Source of the DNA: Oopsacas minuta
Lineage: Eukaryota > Animalia > Porifera
Direction: 5' to 3'
DNA: 64,000 nt
Assembly: GCA_024704765.1 (NCBI GenBank)
Contig: JAKMXF010000343.1
Span: forward strand, 682,001 to 746,000
Part shown: piece by piece, positions 46,357 through 60,807 of the stretch
Layout: every line of letters begins with the position of its first letter
Numbering within the stretch: the first letter of the stretch is position 1
The notes under the pieces: generated by a model
Told to the model about the DNA's origin: nothing
The model's database searches: none
What the model saw: the letters and a program-made list of their open reading frames with translations, nothing else
Position numbers and translations under genes: made by a program

Positions 46357-48535
46357 ATGGATTATCCCTATGAAGAAAATTTAATAGGGAGCTTTACAAG
46401 AAATATGAGACTTGTAAAAAAATTTTGATGCCCAAAGATGAACATTATTCAACTATTGAAGATTTTAAATCAGCAGCTGCAAACCCTGCTACCAAGAACT
46501 GTCATTGTTAATATCTTCTTCAAAAGTAAGTCTAAATTCAGTTCTTATAAATTTGAATGCATAGTTATACTTTTTCATAATACTAACTAAATAATATTTA
46601 TTATTACTTTGTTATCATAAAACAAATTTTACAAATAGTATCTATCTGAGATTAAAGGAAAACTGTTCTACAACTTATAACAATATATTGCTTGTATTTT
46701 TTTACGAGATATTCCAGTGTGGTGACCTAGAGAAACTGATTAAGAAGCGCCAAAATCTTGAAGAAACCCCAATGTACTATGCGAGCATTGAGGATACCTA
46801 CAATGTGGTTAGACGAGCACACTTATCTACTGGTCATGGGGACGTGATTTTATGTTAAAGGAACTCGGAATAAAATATGCCAATATCACTCGGGATGCCC
46901 TGGAATTGTTTAAATCCTATTGCCAGGAGTGCCACAAAGTGTAAACCTCCTATGACCAAAGGTGTTATTCTCACAAGTGAGTTTTCTTCCCGTGCACATA
47001 TCGACTTGATCAACATGCAGACTATGGAACAGAACTCGTTCAAATGGATTCTGGTGTATCAGGACTACTTGACCAAGTTTGTGATCTTACGTCCCTTAAC
47101 CTCGCACATCATCTCCTGGATATACTCCTTTTCATTGGTGCCCCCGCTCTCTGCAAAGTGACAATGGCAGTGAGTTCACAGACAGGTGATCCAAGAACTC
47201 AAATTGTATGGCCTGCGCTCATCATGGTTCATGGTAAGCCACGCCACCCACAGAGCGAAGGTTCAGTGGGACGTGCTAATGGTGACATCAAAGACATGCT
47301 TATTGCCTGGATTGGGGACACTTCTACAGCTGACTGGTGGTCAACAGGCATCAAGTTCGTTCAATTTCAAAAAAACTCCAGCCTCCATTCTGGAATCAAA
47401 AGAGCTCCATATGCTGTCATGTTTGGCTGTGATGTTAAAGTTGGTCTGACTTCTTCATTTCTTCCTACAGGAGTGATTGAATGCATGCAGAACGAGGATG
47501 ACCTCTTGTTAGCACTAGACACACCACATACCGAGACACAACAACCAAGTCCCTCTTCAACTGTAGCTGATCCAAATCTACCCAATACCAGTCAAAGCAA
47601 CTTGATAGACATTGAAGATTTGGGACTTGTAAATACAAGTCCCAACTCTCCCATCTCTACTGACGATCTGCTGGTAGCAACTGTCAATGAAAATATTTCA
47701 GCGATTGATACAATCATGTCAGTACTCACTGCAGATCCTACATTTACAAACAATTTACTCAAGTCATAGGATCCACCTCTCAGGAGCTCTGAATCTATGA
47801 ATAGCATCACCTCACGCATAGATAGCATATTAATGGAACGACAGGATGCCATAACTGCTCAGTTTGCCAAAGCTGAACGAATGGTGAAAAAAGTCGGACT
47901 GATCTAGCTCATGGACATCCTGGTAATAATGTTGCAGTACCAATACCTCTGGTTGATAGAGGACGTGGTGACCCCCCTAACATTCTGGGAGTGATCCTTG
48001 AACGTAACGAAAAAAACATGTACATACACTAATCTGGTATTCTTAAATCAAGGTATCGCCGCAACCAGTTTGTGTCCACAACGCCTTTAAAAAAGAAACA
48101 AAAGTAGATCACACTAAAACGACTACTTATGGAAGTCAGGGCTATGTGAAATACAACCGTGCTGGGCCCAAACGTTGCGAAAGTAACAGATGTGTATGTT
48201 TCGAGAACAAGGGTAAATGTTCTAGTCGTTGCCATAGCAGCTTGGCATGTAGCAGAAGTAACCATTGCAAAGACTGGAAAAATTGACATTTTGTAAAATA
48301 TTTCAATTTCATTATCTGTCATTTTACGTACACTAAAATAAATCTTTCATCTATAAAAATCACTAGTTCAATTCAGTCATTTCATGTAATAACTGACCAT
48401 AAATTCTAGCCGTTTCATGAAAGAGCTGGAAAATTTAGTCATTGCACGAAATTACTAAGGGTCTCAGCCATTACGCGAAATGCCTCAAATTTTAGGAATT
48501 ACGTGATTTGACTGATTACACAGATTGACTGTACA
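46357..48535 (+). mobile_element. Decayed Ginger2/TDD transposon (KRBA2/SCAND3-like integrase); left TIR not found
   Basis: ATG 46357, probable intron from GTAAGT at 46526. YEIFQCGDLEKLIKKR, AHLSTGHG, HIDLINMQ, LQSDNGSEF, HGKPRHPQSEGSV, C-terminal C-rich domain. Right end ..GATTGACTGTACA followed by TATA, like the 20465-21442 element. Confidence 0.85.
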
Positions 48536-50280
48536 TATACAAGTTAAAATCAAATTAGTATTCTCAATGTGCAATAAATATTATAATAATAGATGTTCCT
48601 CATATATTATTCATACTACAACACTTAAGGAAATAGTTATGAGGGTTTTGCAAGGGAAAACTTGCTAATAGAGCAACTCAATCAATTTGAAAATACTATT
48701 GTTGTATGTACACGTACATACGTGTATGTGATAATATAATACGTATGAGGATATTGTAGTACACGTGTGTGTGTGAGTGTATCCTAAAGAGTTCGAGGCT
48801 AATAAACTGACTAAAAGTTCGTGTATTAGTAAGTTCTTCTTGCTTATAAACAAACTAAAGGTTCCCTTATTATGTATTTGCACATCATGTTTTTATGAGA
48901 AAACTTAGTTATAGGGGAACTTGCTAATAAGGGAACACAATAAATGCAATTTGGGCCATTGTGACCCTAAAAAAATTTGCTAATTAGCGAACTTGTTTAT
49001 ACATAAATCCCTATACCTTTGCTCCGTGCACTGAAAAAACTTGCTAATAAGGCTATTGCTAATAGGCGAACTCTACTGTATAAACAAAGCATCAAATATG
49101 TACTAAGTAAAATTTCCAAATATAGACATTAAAATTAATGTAAATGCGTCGAAGGCACAGAGAGGTTCAAAAACGAAATAAGAGAAGAAAGAAAAAATCT
49201 CAAATCGTCTGTGCCGACCGAAATTTACCAAATTAATTTTGTGGACTATTGAAATTATATTATTCTACTAAATATCCATTTTAGCAAAGAAAGAAAAATT
49301 GAAATTTAATAATCTTGTTAGACCTTTCAAAATGTTAAAATCGAATTATACTCCCTGTTTACCCCTATTTAACAAGTGGAAACTAATCCCTAGGATAGCT
49401 TTGAAATGTTCACCAAAAGGTGTGAGAGATGATTGATCATATGATAAATCAGTGTATATATATTTAATAGAATGTATTTACCAATAGAATTGCAGTCTAC
49501 ATCAATACAAATACATTACAGTGCTATTTATATTACATTCACACCAAGAGAACTAATTTTATGTATTTATGCTCTATTTGTAAAACCATCCAATCTGATT
49601 GGGCTAAATACAGGTGTCAAAAGGTGTAAAAATAATACATTAGAAATTTTCCAAATGTCAGGTGCACAACTAGATGTCACTGCACTACGAGTACACATGC
49701 CAAATTTGGTGTCTTAATCTTTGAAGGTGTGAACAGCAGAGCGAAAACATATAGATAGATAGATAGATAGGCGGCACTACTAAGGGACCACACAGTTAAG
49801 GTGCGGCTCTTATCTAGATCTATACTATATTATAATCATTTTATATCGTATGTACCATTTTTACTGTGTCGACTATAGTGGCCCAGTGCTAATCTCAGTG
49901 CCTATTTTTATAGTAGACATTAAGTAAATTTTTAGTAAAATACAATACAAATTAGTAACATATTATCTCGGTAATGTTGCAGTGCAATCAAGTTATTGGT
50001 GTAATCGCGAATACACTGGTGCACTTGTGATAGTGATTCAATGGTTTATCGTTTATCAGTAAAGCTAATTTATCAACATTGATTTTGTAGCGTCGAATCG
50101 TTCCAATTTGATTGTCTAAATAGCTGAATAATATGTTAACTAATAACTACGATAACCATATTACGCTATTCTAAATTATGAAAATAGTATATAATATCTT
50201 TGAATTGATTACTACAATAATTTACAGACCGAATAGTATATTTCCGCGTTTTATTGGATCGTTACCCAAAAAATACAATA

Positions 50281-52577
50281 ATGAGTAGTAATAAAGGCAG
50301 GAGCTGAGCGGTGCTGCTTAAAAAAAACAAAGAGAAGAGAGTAATGCCGAAAGCCAACGCTCCGCTGGCACAATTCACGAGCTTTTGATTCCAGTCAGCC
50401 GCTTTACCCTTGACCATTCCTGCCTCTGATCTAGAACCTTCTATAACTTTTGCAATCGACGAGACAGAGTCCTTACAGGTTGATTGGATGGATACAACCG
50501 AAGATGGAGGCTCGACATCTGATTTCGATTCAGAACCTAATCTAACTATTGAAACCTATTCAGAGAACGATAATGTTCAACAGTGTGCTAACATACTGTA
50601 GATCTTGAACTCTTCTCTGATGTCGGAGTCTGAAATATTCAATTACCTGATTCAATTCGGATTGAAATCGTGTTGTGTGGACCAAATAATCTTCAAAACA
50701 AGGATCAACAAGTAGCGGCGTACCAAGGGGGAAGTGGTGGGGGGCGGTTCGCCCCAGGTGCCACTCAAAGGGGAGGTGCCAACCTTGACTGAGAGAGATA
50801 CATTATATTATATATTTTTGAGATCCAAGATATAGTTACTGCGTTCCTATACATACCCGCTAAACTATAATACGTTTATTTAGCAAAATAGATTCATCAT
50901 GCCAGCATTATATAACAATCAAAACATATGTTGGAAAATAAAAATCTCACATACAGGGTGGGAAAAAAACGGGTCCGAACAATTAGCTTCGAATGTGCAT
51001 AATATTTAAGAAAGATTAACAAAACCTTATAGTTATAGAGCTAAAATGGCGTACAAGACGAATACAAGCTGTTATTATTGTAGGTTGAAAGTCTACGAGG
51101 ATTAGAGCTTATGTTCGAGATGAACACTATAAAAATCTTTTCATTTTTGGATTTTTAGAGCAAAATTCCCATTACATTCTTCAGAACAATTTATCCCGAA
51201 ATGACTTGCACGCTCTTCGGACCTACTATTTAGGTTTTTAACAGTTTTCTCAGTCCGAAATTTCTTAACCCAACCCTGAATTCTCGATTTCGAGGGCGCA
51301 TTTTTGGACATCGATTATAAGCAAAAATTTCTGTAATTTCCTTGAAGGATGGCGTTTCAAAAACTCTCTGAACTCGTTAAGACTTCTACTGAATACTCTA
51401 TTACTTTATCTTTACATAGAATAATTAGATTATTATTGCTTTGTTTGACTAATATTTTCTATTTGGCCTGAAATGTGCACGGGCCCGTTATTTTGGCCCA
51501 CCCGATATATGTACAATATACATACTTGGCTATATATTGTATAAAATACGGAAAAGGGTGTGCCAACCTCAGAATCCGCCCCGGGTACCAAAGGTGCTTG
51601 GTACGCCACTGTCGGCCATTAAATCTATAGAAAGTCTGGTGCCAACCCCAAGGGAGAAATTAAAACTATCAACAGATTGGTTTTACCGCAAGCTTGAAAA
51701 CGGGGAAAAAGTACACAGATCATGGATGTCGTACTCCCTCTAACAGATGTCACTACTGTTTCTGCGTAGATTTTCTCTGGAACTCAGTTGTCGAATCAAA
51801 CTCAATGTGATTTTGTAATTAAATGCTTTAAAACCTGGTGGAAACTAAACCCAAAAGTTGTGGATCATGAAAGAAGCGACGTACACAACTTAGTATTTGA
51901 TAAGTGGAAAGAAATGGCAATGCGATTAGACAATGGTCAAACTTTGGAAAGGAGTCTACAAATGGTAATAGATGCTGAAAGAAAGAAATGAGTCAATGTT
52001 CTAAATCGCATCGTTGATGTCAAAACATAATTTACCGCTTTGTCGTCACAAAAATTCCTTACTGAAGAAGGGAATCCTGGAACTTTCTAGAATTAACAAA
52101 CCTCATTTCTAAGTACGATCCCGTATTACGAAACACGTAACACATATACGTTTGGTGAACAAAATGAGAAATATTATTCTACGAATATTTCTCATTATGT
52201 GTGTCAGTATTGCGAGCTGTGAAAGAAGTTTTTCTAAATTAAAACTCATAAAGACATACCTCAGATCGACAATGAATCAAGTGCGACTCAATATCTTAGT
52301 GACCTTGTTAATAGAAAGAAAGTTAACCGAAGGGATGAATTTTGATATCATAATCAAAGATTTCGTGTCAATGAAAGGAAGATGAGTTTTCCAAAATGGG
52401 AGTGACAATATATGCATTGTTATATAAAATACATAATATAACAACGATTGTTAATGAATGAACAATGAAACCAATAAAAATATAAATGGGGAAAAAGCCA
52501 CAATTTAAGCTCATACACTAGCCAACTTGAGACAGAACAATGCGTCGAGGGCGGCATAGATGTAAGCTACGCCTCAG
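50281..52577 (+). mobile_element. Internally deleted hAT (TTF zinc finger/hATC) element carrying nested MITEs
   Basis: MSSNKRQELSGAA start, STDWFYRKLENGEKVHRSWMSYS, DHERSDVH, VSIASCERSFSKLKLIKTYLRSTM; right end GCTACGCCTCAG. Left end not located. Confidence 0.8.
50713..51611. mobile_element. hAT-type MITE containing a Tc1-type MITE (50954-51505)
   Basis: Outer ends (C/T)AG(T/C)GGCGTACCAAG. Inner ends CAGGGTGGG..CCCACCCGA flanked by TA. Confidence 0.72.
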
Positions 52578-53196
52578 TCTATCTGTGTTAAAATATACAA
52601 CAGCCTACATCATCACATATATCAAGAAAATTATTTGACAAATACCACTGTGGCTTCTGGGTTTATATTATTAGGCCGGACTGATTTTACGAGAACTTTA
52701 GCACTGCAATGTATTTGTATAGAATGTAGATTGCAATTTTATTGGTCAATAAATTCTATTTAGTTTATATACGTACACATATTTATCATATGACTAATCA
52801 GATTTTCACACCTTTTGGGAAATATTTAAAAGTTTTCTAGATATTAGTTTCCACCAACAAATTAGGGGTAAACAGTGAAGTATAATTTGATTCTGACACC
52901 CACAAATGCCTAACACGACGATTTAGTAAATTATTATATGCTATAAATCCACTATAATTAATTTAGTGAAATTTTTTCGGCACAGACTGTGATTTGAGAT
53001 TTTAGTCTATGTGACAAAGGTGCATACTTATTGTTTGCATGTATAAACTGTGGCAGAGTTTTGGAATATGTTTGCACCGGGAGTGCAGGGAAGTGTATTG
53101 TGTAAATTGAGCTGAAATAGTTATAGTTATGATAATCTGTTTACAAAATATTGCAATACAAATTAATTAACATATTCGAAAGATAGATCAGAAGAT

Positions 53197-53322
53197 TTAA
53201 TTCCGTTGTTGTAGCTTTTGTCTTTTAGATGTGGGTCTTTCAAATGACTGTTTCATACCGCCTCCCTTGTTCTGATATTTAATAGCTAGAGAATCGTTAA
53301 GTGCCCAAGGATTGTTGTCTTT
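53197..53322 (-). CDS. Possible terminal exon of an unidentified minus-strand gene
   Basis: CTAAC branch, pyrimidine tract and TAG acceptor, then an open 41 codons KDNNPWALNDSLAIKYQNKGGGMKQSFERPTSKRQKLQQRN*. Phase with the next upstream candidate exon (53759-53789) is unresolved. Confidence 0.4.
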   Translation of the reverse strand, partial: KDNNPWALNDSLAIKYQNKGGGMKQSFERPTSKRQKLQQRN

Positions 53323-55156
53323 CTAAATCAGAAATAAGAACGTGTTAGCAATCAGAGCCGTAGACAACTTTTCAAAAGTAGGGGGAATTATTTCTTAGCT
53401 CCAAAGTTGAGTTGGTCCAAAGGGGGAACATAAAAAAAATACTACGCATAAGCGTAGGGGCACTAGTTAGGAGGGGGAGTAGGTCGGCTGAAATGTATTT
53501 CTCAGAAATTTTTCTACAGACAATAGTGGTCCGGATCATAGGCGTAGCTAGGGGTTGATAGGAGTTGCTGGCAACACCTGGATTACTGGGATCACGTAAT
53601 GTCTATGTTATGGGGTTGCTAGCAACCCTAGTGAAATTATCAGCAACCACAGGGAGGTAAAGCTAGCTATGCCTCTGGACTCTAAACGCTAATTATATTA
53701 GGAACCTTAATAACATTGTACATCTTTAGCTTGTAAGATTCAAGGATCTATTATTTACCTGGCAAAATTCTCAGAGCCGAAGTACAATTCTAAAATAAGT
53801 CGTTTAATATTAAGCCCTGCCAAATCGATCAAATACCGTAGACTCTCTTTAATATTTACACCAGGACTACTAAAATTCGTACTCTTATCCGGAGTACTTA
53901 TTATCTGAACTAATTCACATTGAAAAGCCATTGAAGAGGATTAATAAAGTTTGAAAATTTATACTCATTATCCGGAGTTACGTCTTAACCCTGTTAGTAT
54001 CAACGAGACCCTAGTGTAATTCAACTAAAATTTGGGGCATTGCCATAAATTGCTATTTGATTGAAGGGAAGAAAATTTGTTAATCTCCGCCTAGAGTACC
54101 GTATTACCCTGAATTAGCGCCCTGGCGGGTATTCTTTACGTTGGCAACTTTCATAATTTCATTCGAAAATTTTTAAAATAGAAATGATTTTGGGAAACTA
54201 ATTATCCAAATTTGTTGCACAGTCAAATGATGCGTAAATAGAAAATTCATTGAAAGTTCTTCTAGAGGGTGGTGATAAATTGTTCACAAGTCTTGGAGCC
54301 TTTTTCTTGCCACCAGGCGAATTATAGTATTTGGTATTTGTATATAGTAATGAATTGTTAGAATTTAGGCTGAAATTTGAAATCGAAAAATAGAAAATTA
54401 GGCGATGCGATACTCATCCAATTTACAACCCTATAAATGCTACTACCAGTTCCTCTAAGAACTCACTAGAAGAACCTATTGTTCACACTAATAAATATTT
54501 AAGAACAATAGAATAATTACTGATAACATAGTGCTATAAAATGAATATTTGGTTTTGCGAAAAAACTGTAAACAATGTAAAATTCTTGGAAATGTAGAAA
54601 GGTGTGATTTTTCACACTTAGGAGGTGTGAAAATTTTTGGACAATTCATTCATAATTTTTGCTAGTGACAGACAATGGTTTGAACAGTGTGGCCTAGTGG
54701 CGCTTGGTGTCCGATCGATTAGTAAATGGGAGAAGACACCCGATGAATCTCCTCAATGTTTAAATCATGTTATATCACATTATTTCTAGCCAGTTTTCGT
54801 GCACGGAGAGCACAGAGAAACAATTATAAATGCAACCATTTAATATTAGGAATGTATAGCCAGAACAGTAAAAACAGAGGGTTTCAACTTAAGAGTAAAG
54901 TGCAGATTAATCAAATACGCCGGGCAATGTCTGAAGGTCCTGAAATTTCGGTTTAGGTTCGGGAATTGGTTTAAACGAAGTGGAAAAATATTAGTGTCCA
55001 TCTCGATACGAATGTAACACTTCGGCTGTAATCGGCGATAGTAGTAATTTTGAGTATTACTGTGTCATGAAGGAGTCATTTTAGAACGCATTTGGCAGTG
55101 TTGCCATAGCAAAAAGAAAATTACTTCCCAAATCTAATCAAAAAGTAGTTTCCTAT

Positions 55157-57989
55157 AAGAGACTACTCTACATAAGGCCTAACTGTAACATGTGGATTAT
55201 GAACAAGGGATTGGTGACCCGATGGTAAGGGTCCATTTAAAATATCATTAACTGCTTGTGTTTAACATGTGCAAGCCTAGGATACACAAACTTAACAATA
55301 ATCTTGAGAAAACTTTACTAGGGATGCATTTGAAAATGAAATTCTTAATGACAGATAATGACTAAACTCATTAGTAAACATATAAAATTACATGTAAACA
55401 ACCCAAAATGATAAATATTCTCCAAAACATATATGTAAACACTGAAAAAACAGATTCCTTATATATAGCTCACTATAGTATAGTATAGTTTTTGTAATAC
55501 AAAAACCTCATACCCTCATACCCTCATTCCAAAACGGTGATTTTCATTAGGCCTAACAAATAACCTTTCCTCGAACATAGAAAAGCTAATACACGAAAAC
55601 TGTACTAAAGTTTAGTTGAGCTATATATAAGTTATTTGTTAATTGCATTCATTTTGTGATATTTCTTGTGTTCTCTTTGTCACACATCCTTCTGACGTTT
55701 TCCCAAACGTCATTTATCTTGCTAGTTACATTACATCATGCCTAACACCTGTTCTGCACCAGACTGTACAAGCAACTATAACCCGAAGAACATAATAACT
55801 GTATTCACGATGCTGATGAACTGAGATATCTTGCCTACGAGCTCTACATAGAGATGATATAGACGAACTGGAAGTTGTGTAGGTGTGCTCTAAACATTTT
55901 ACAGGAGATGAAGTCGAGACCACAATCAGGGTGACGAATGGAGACCGAACTAACATAGAGATACCCTGCAACCGTCCAAAGCTGATAGATAGAGCTGTAC
56001 AGTCTACACTACCAGGATATCTTACTATTCAACTCACTCCTCCGCCCAACGCAGCCGTCTCTCTCTCGAGGACAAGGAAGACAAAATGCTCAATAATGCT
56101 GTTCACCCAGTCTATAGTCTGGAGTAGAAGAGAAGGTGAAGTTCAAGATTCACAGTTTCCAAGATTTACAAGCAAATTTACCTTTTCTTTCAGTTGACTA
56201 CATGGTCTACATGGTATCCGAACGAATATACATTAGTTTTTATGCGTCCTCGTTTCGATAATTATAAGATTGAAGTGAATACGTTTATATCAGTAGAATT
56301 TGACTTGTCCATTAGCTCGTATTATAATGGTGAACGTTTCCCAATTCCTTGTGTAATTAACTCTATGTGATATTCGACAACGTGAATCAGTTTTTAGTGA
56401 TCTTTCTGCTTTGTCAACCGTAGCACCACCTCGGAGGTTATTCCCAATAGTTCTGATAACGTATCTCATATTGTATCTGCCGAAAGCAATATCCAACAGG
56501 TCATTGATAACATGTGCGATTCTGAATCTGGTAACGACTTAATTCGTTGCCCTGAGCTTTCTAGGCTTCAATTTGTTCTTTCCAGCTCTAATCTAGATAC
56601 AGATGATCCTACCAAGACTGTCTTCGCTATTATAGTATCTATCTTGTTTAAGAAGTGGTCGTGTATCGTCGGTCTATTTACATGTGCTCCTGTATCTGCT
56701 AAGAAGTTATTCGACACTATAATATCTTGTATTCGTAATGTAGAACATTGCGGCTTATTCGTCGAAATTATCTCCACCGACAACTATCCCCTTAATGTGA
56801 AACTTTTCAAATTGTTCTCTCCTAATCACAAACTGGAGACCCGACTACCAAATCCTTGTGATATATACAGAAGTCTTTTTCTTACATTTGACTTGTACAC
56901 ATTCTGAAGGCTAGTAGCAATAACTGATTAAATCAATAATCTGGAAGTAAGTTCTTTTCCTATACTGATTTGAATTGTATTTCTATCGATTAAGGCGAGT
57001 ATCCTCTAAGAATATGTTATGTCTCTTTTCGTGACATCTGTATGCTATATAATTCTGATAGGAGAGAGCTTAGCGAGACTTGCTCTACGTTTGACTTCTA
57101 AATCATGTTATCCTTCCAATCTTGAACGTCAAAATGTTAAGTTAGTCCTGAAGGTTGTGCATGAATTGCTGTCTTAGCGATCCAAAATGAAAAACGTCCT
57201 CCTGCTCTTAAGTCCGACGCTTCTGATTTCGTTGGGATTCTCCTATCTCTCTTGAAGATTTCCAATGTTAATATTCCCTTCCCACATACTCGCTTGAATG
57301 AGCCATTGTTTAAACTAGTAACATTCAATGATGACTGCTATATCTTACTGACTCGAGTTGTCTACTTGCTTGAAGCTTGGCAGTCACTCCCTGAGAAAGG
57401 TGATAAACTGAGCAAGCAAACATTCACCAGCTTCAAACATGCTTGTCTCGTGTTACCACAGATAGCAAATTTCCTAACTTAGAACTGTGGCTTTTAATCG
57501 ATATAATTATCGGATTGAGAAGAGTTTCGTATTCTGGTGTTTGATACTGTCTATGATGAGTCCTGGTGAAGCGAAAGTCTTGCATCTACTCGAATAGTGT
57601 TTCCCAACCTGGGTCCACAGCTTGTGATAGGGGTTCCACAGAATTTCGATAAATGGTCTATAGAAAAATACGTTGGGAAACACTCTACTATATTTTATTG
57701 ATATGCACCTTACTTGTAGTATTCTAATTGATCACTATATAGTTATCTTTCTATATATTTTCAATCATACTTTCATTACTTGCATTATTTTATGTTTGTA
57801 TAATCTAGGGTATGCACTATAAAAACATAATTATTAGTAAATTAATCGAAATATTCTATTACGAATGCTACAAAAACACTATATTTATCTCAAATTAGCT
57901 TACGCCAGCAATTATTCGTTACTATTCGGTAACCCACCCCTAGTCAAAGTCCACATGTTGCTGTTAGGCCTTATGTAGAGTAGGCTATG
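55157..57989 (+). mobile_element. Decayed P element (THAP-domain transposase)
   Basis: ~60-bp TIRs ending CATAGCCTACTCTACATAAGGCCTAAC. ATG 55738: MPNTCSAPDC..VCSKHF..AVQS (THAP), ISTDNYPLNVKLF, LTFD, LERQNVKLVLKVVHE. No TSD detected. Confidence 0.88.
57595..57685. mobile_element. 91-bp hAT-type MITE inside the P element
   Basis: AGTGTTTCCCAAC...GTTGGGAAACACT inverted ends. Confidence 0.65.
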
Positions 57990-59795
57990 TATTGTATAGC
58001 AGTTAACAAATATTCTTCGAGTTATTGGAGTATATTGTACTTATGACGTCGCAAGAATTTTAGTAAAGAGCAAAAATCTTGTGACTTCATAAGTAAGAAA
58101 CACATAACCGATTATTCTGAAATTTTACGGAAGCAGAGACCTGTTATTAGATTGCGTCACAGCGAATTTCAGACAAATTCCTTGATGGTGATGAAATGGT
58201 TGGTTGAGTTGAAATGGAATTCCCACTATATAATTATATGTACTATATACACATTAGTCTCCATCATTTATCCCTTTTGTTATAAACAAGCATCCACTAA
58301 GTTCTTTAACGTCCGCCGTGTTTGCAAAAATCTGGCCAAATCGGATATTACAACATCTGTTTTTGTTAGTGATTCTCAAAATACATTTCTTTCGGAAAGT
58401 CGGAAAATTTCGCATTTACTTGATGATTATGCAAATACTGTTTTCATTCACAATGGATACTAATCGAATTTTAACATAAATCATAGTTTTTCCTTATTAT
58501 TCTATCGTTCTTAGCAAATTCATAAATTAACAAACCAATTAGTTATTGAAAAAAATTATTCACCAATAGAACCAAAATTTCTGATTTTCCGTCAGTCGAT
58601 ATTACTTTCTAAGAGAAAAGTAGGTTTTGCGATGGGATGAAGGTGTGAAATTTTGATATATAAATTTTCTCCGGCTGCCCAAGTTGCAATACGATCTACC
58701 AGGTATGAATCTCTATATGCTATCTGCTACGTTCACTACTGTCTGAATTACAAATACTTTATTATAGTCTGCCTATTTTTGAGCACAGTGAATATAGTCA
58801 TTGTATGATTTTATTTATCAATAATGCACTTTCAGTTACCTGTGAGAAATATTTGGTCATATTCATATTGATAGCTCTGACAAAACATGATCCGTTTTAC
58901 ACGTATTTCAGGTAATATTATTCGAGGTAAATCTCTGAAAACCACCAGTACTATAACGTTATGGAACCATTTGCGATCTTGTCACCACCAAATATATGCT
59001 TAAACAATATATGCTGAAAAGGAAACCAATCTAAAATTTACTGGAACAAGAGGAATCGAACAAAATCCAGAATGATCACATAATTATGAATGTACAATTT
59101 CCACAGTCACAATTACGCAATAATTCTAATAGATTGTACAAAAATGGAAATTTTCCAAAATTTTCCAATATTATGAGAAATTCTTAAATACTCAAGGCGC
59201 GAAGTGCCGAGATTATTAACCAAATGCCATGTGCGTCTTGATATACATCAAAATCCCTCGATTTTTAAAGGAAATCTAATACTAAATCATAAGTAAGTCT
59301 CATCTTTCACGAATCTCACGATTTTGAAAGTTCCCAGGGCAGGTTGTGTGCACTGCATACCAGCTACAGTATCACCCCAGAAAAGTCAATAAATGTAGTT
59401 TGGATGGAAAATGGATAATAAATTCATAAAATTTACACTAGTATATGAATCCGAGGCACTTAATGCGGAATATATCGGTTCAAGACCACTAGTTTTTCTA
59501 CTATCAAACTAAATTCTTAAATCGAATAAGTAAAACTTATGCATATTTATAATTATCAACCCCTCATAACTGTTTCCTTGATATTTTCTCGCAATTCCTG
59601 GATTTCCTAAATTTTCACTGGATTTTAAATCTTCTATGAAAATAATACGATTTTTTCCCTCAATTATGAGAAAAACGTCCGAAATTTCCAATATTCCCTG
59701 GATTTAGTAATTATTCCACTAGGGCATAGGTCAATCCGAGGAAATTCCAGGAATCACTAGATAGTTAACAAGTATATATATTGTTAATAAGCCAC

Positions 59796-59942
59796 CCATT
59801 TAAAAGTAGTCAGAGACCTGACCCAGTCATCTGATAAGATTGAGTAAACAAGATAACATTACACATATGCAAAGCAAATATACAAATGATTACCTGAGAA
59901 GTATCCTGATCTAGCAAATGTGTGTACTTTGTTCTCCCAGAC
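59796..59942 (-). CDS. Two small exons (59942-59894, 59830-59796) of an unidentified gene
   Basis: 63-nt GT-AG intron with matching phase 1, giving VWENKVHTFARSGYFSDDWVRSLTTFKW. Confidence 0.5.
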
Positions 59943-60807
59943 CTACCGAAACTCTTTACCTAATAAATATGATAAAATTAACAACATATTAGAGAGTACT
60001 AATTAGTCGCATATACAATAACTTTCGTGATATAAGGCAAATTCATAACTTGTAAAATTTGGCCAAAGGATAAGTACGAAGTCCATTGTGATCAGAGGGT
60101 CTCTTTCGACGGATTCTTACTACCAGTCTTAATGAAATTAGGAACAATATTTAAAATGCTTTTGTGTATAATTGGATTAGTTTGACGATATGGATAAACA
60201 CACATTCGACAATATTTTCATTACTTAGACATTTATTTAACACTAGCACGCTTTGCTTCCTAGGTCGCTGTATGACAGCGTATTGCTCAGGTTAGCTTAA
60301 GAATTAAACAGCTATATGTCTTAGTACTTTTGGTCTCTACGCGAAGGGGTATACTCGGAATTCGTTCCTCGAGTGTAGAAAATATAGCAGGAAATTTAAG
60401 ATTATATTACCTATCCTCTAGCCAAATTATTAGTCAACTCGACATTACATGCCTTGGATATCTCGAAATTCTAAAAGAATTCTAAAATTAGTGAAATTTA
60501 GATTCTTACAGTCATGATTATGTATTAATTCTGTGATGAGTTTGCATTTGGTCAAAGTGAGGACATTTAGCATATTGAGGGGTACCTGTGACCAAATTTC
60601 AAACCTATATCAAATATATTGGCTGAGTAGTGGCTAATAATGTGATTTTTCAAAATCCAAAAAGGTGACGATTACTTAATAATATCGCCATAGTTGTGAA
60701 TTTCTTTCCAAGAATCGCCAGTTCTGAGCCAGGCCTAAAATACCTCTGTATGCCAAAAGTCAGCGCTAGTGGTCTCCAGTTACTTCAATCCATTATGTAT
60801 ATACATA

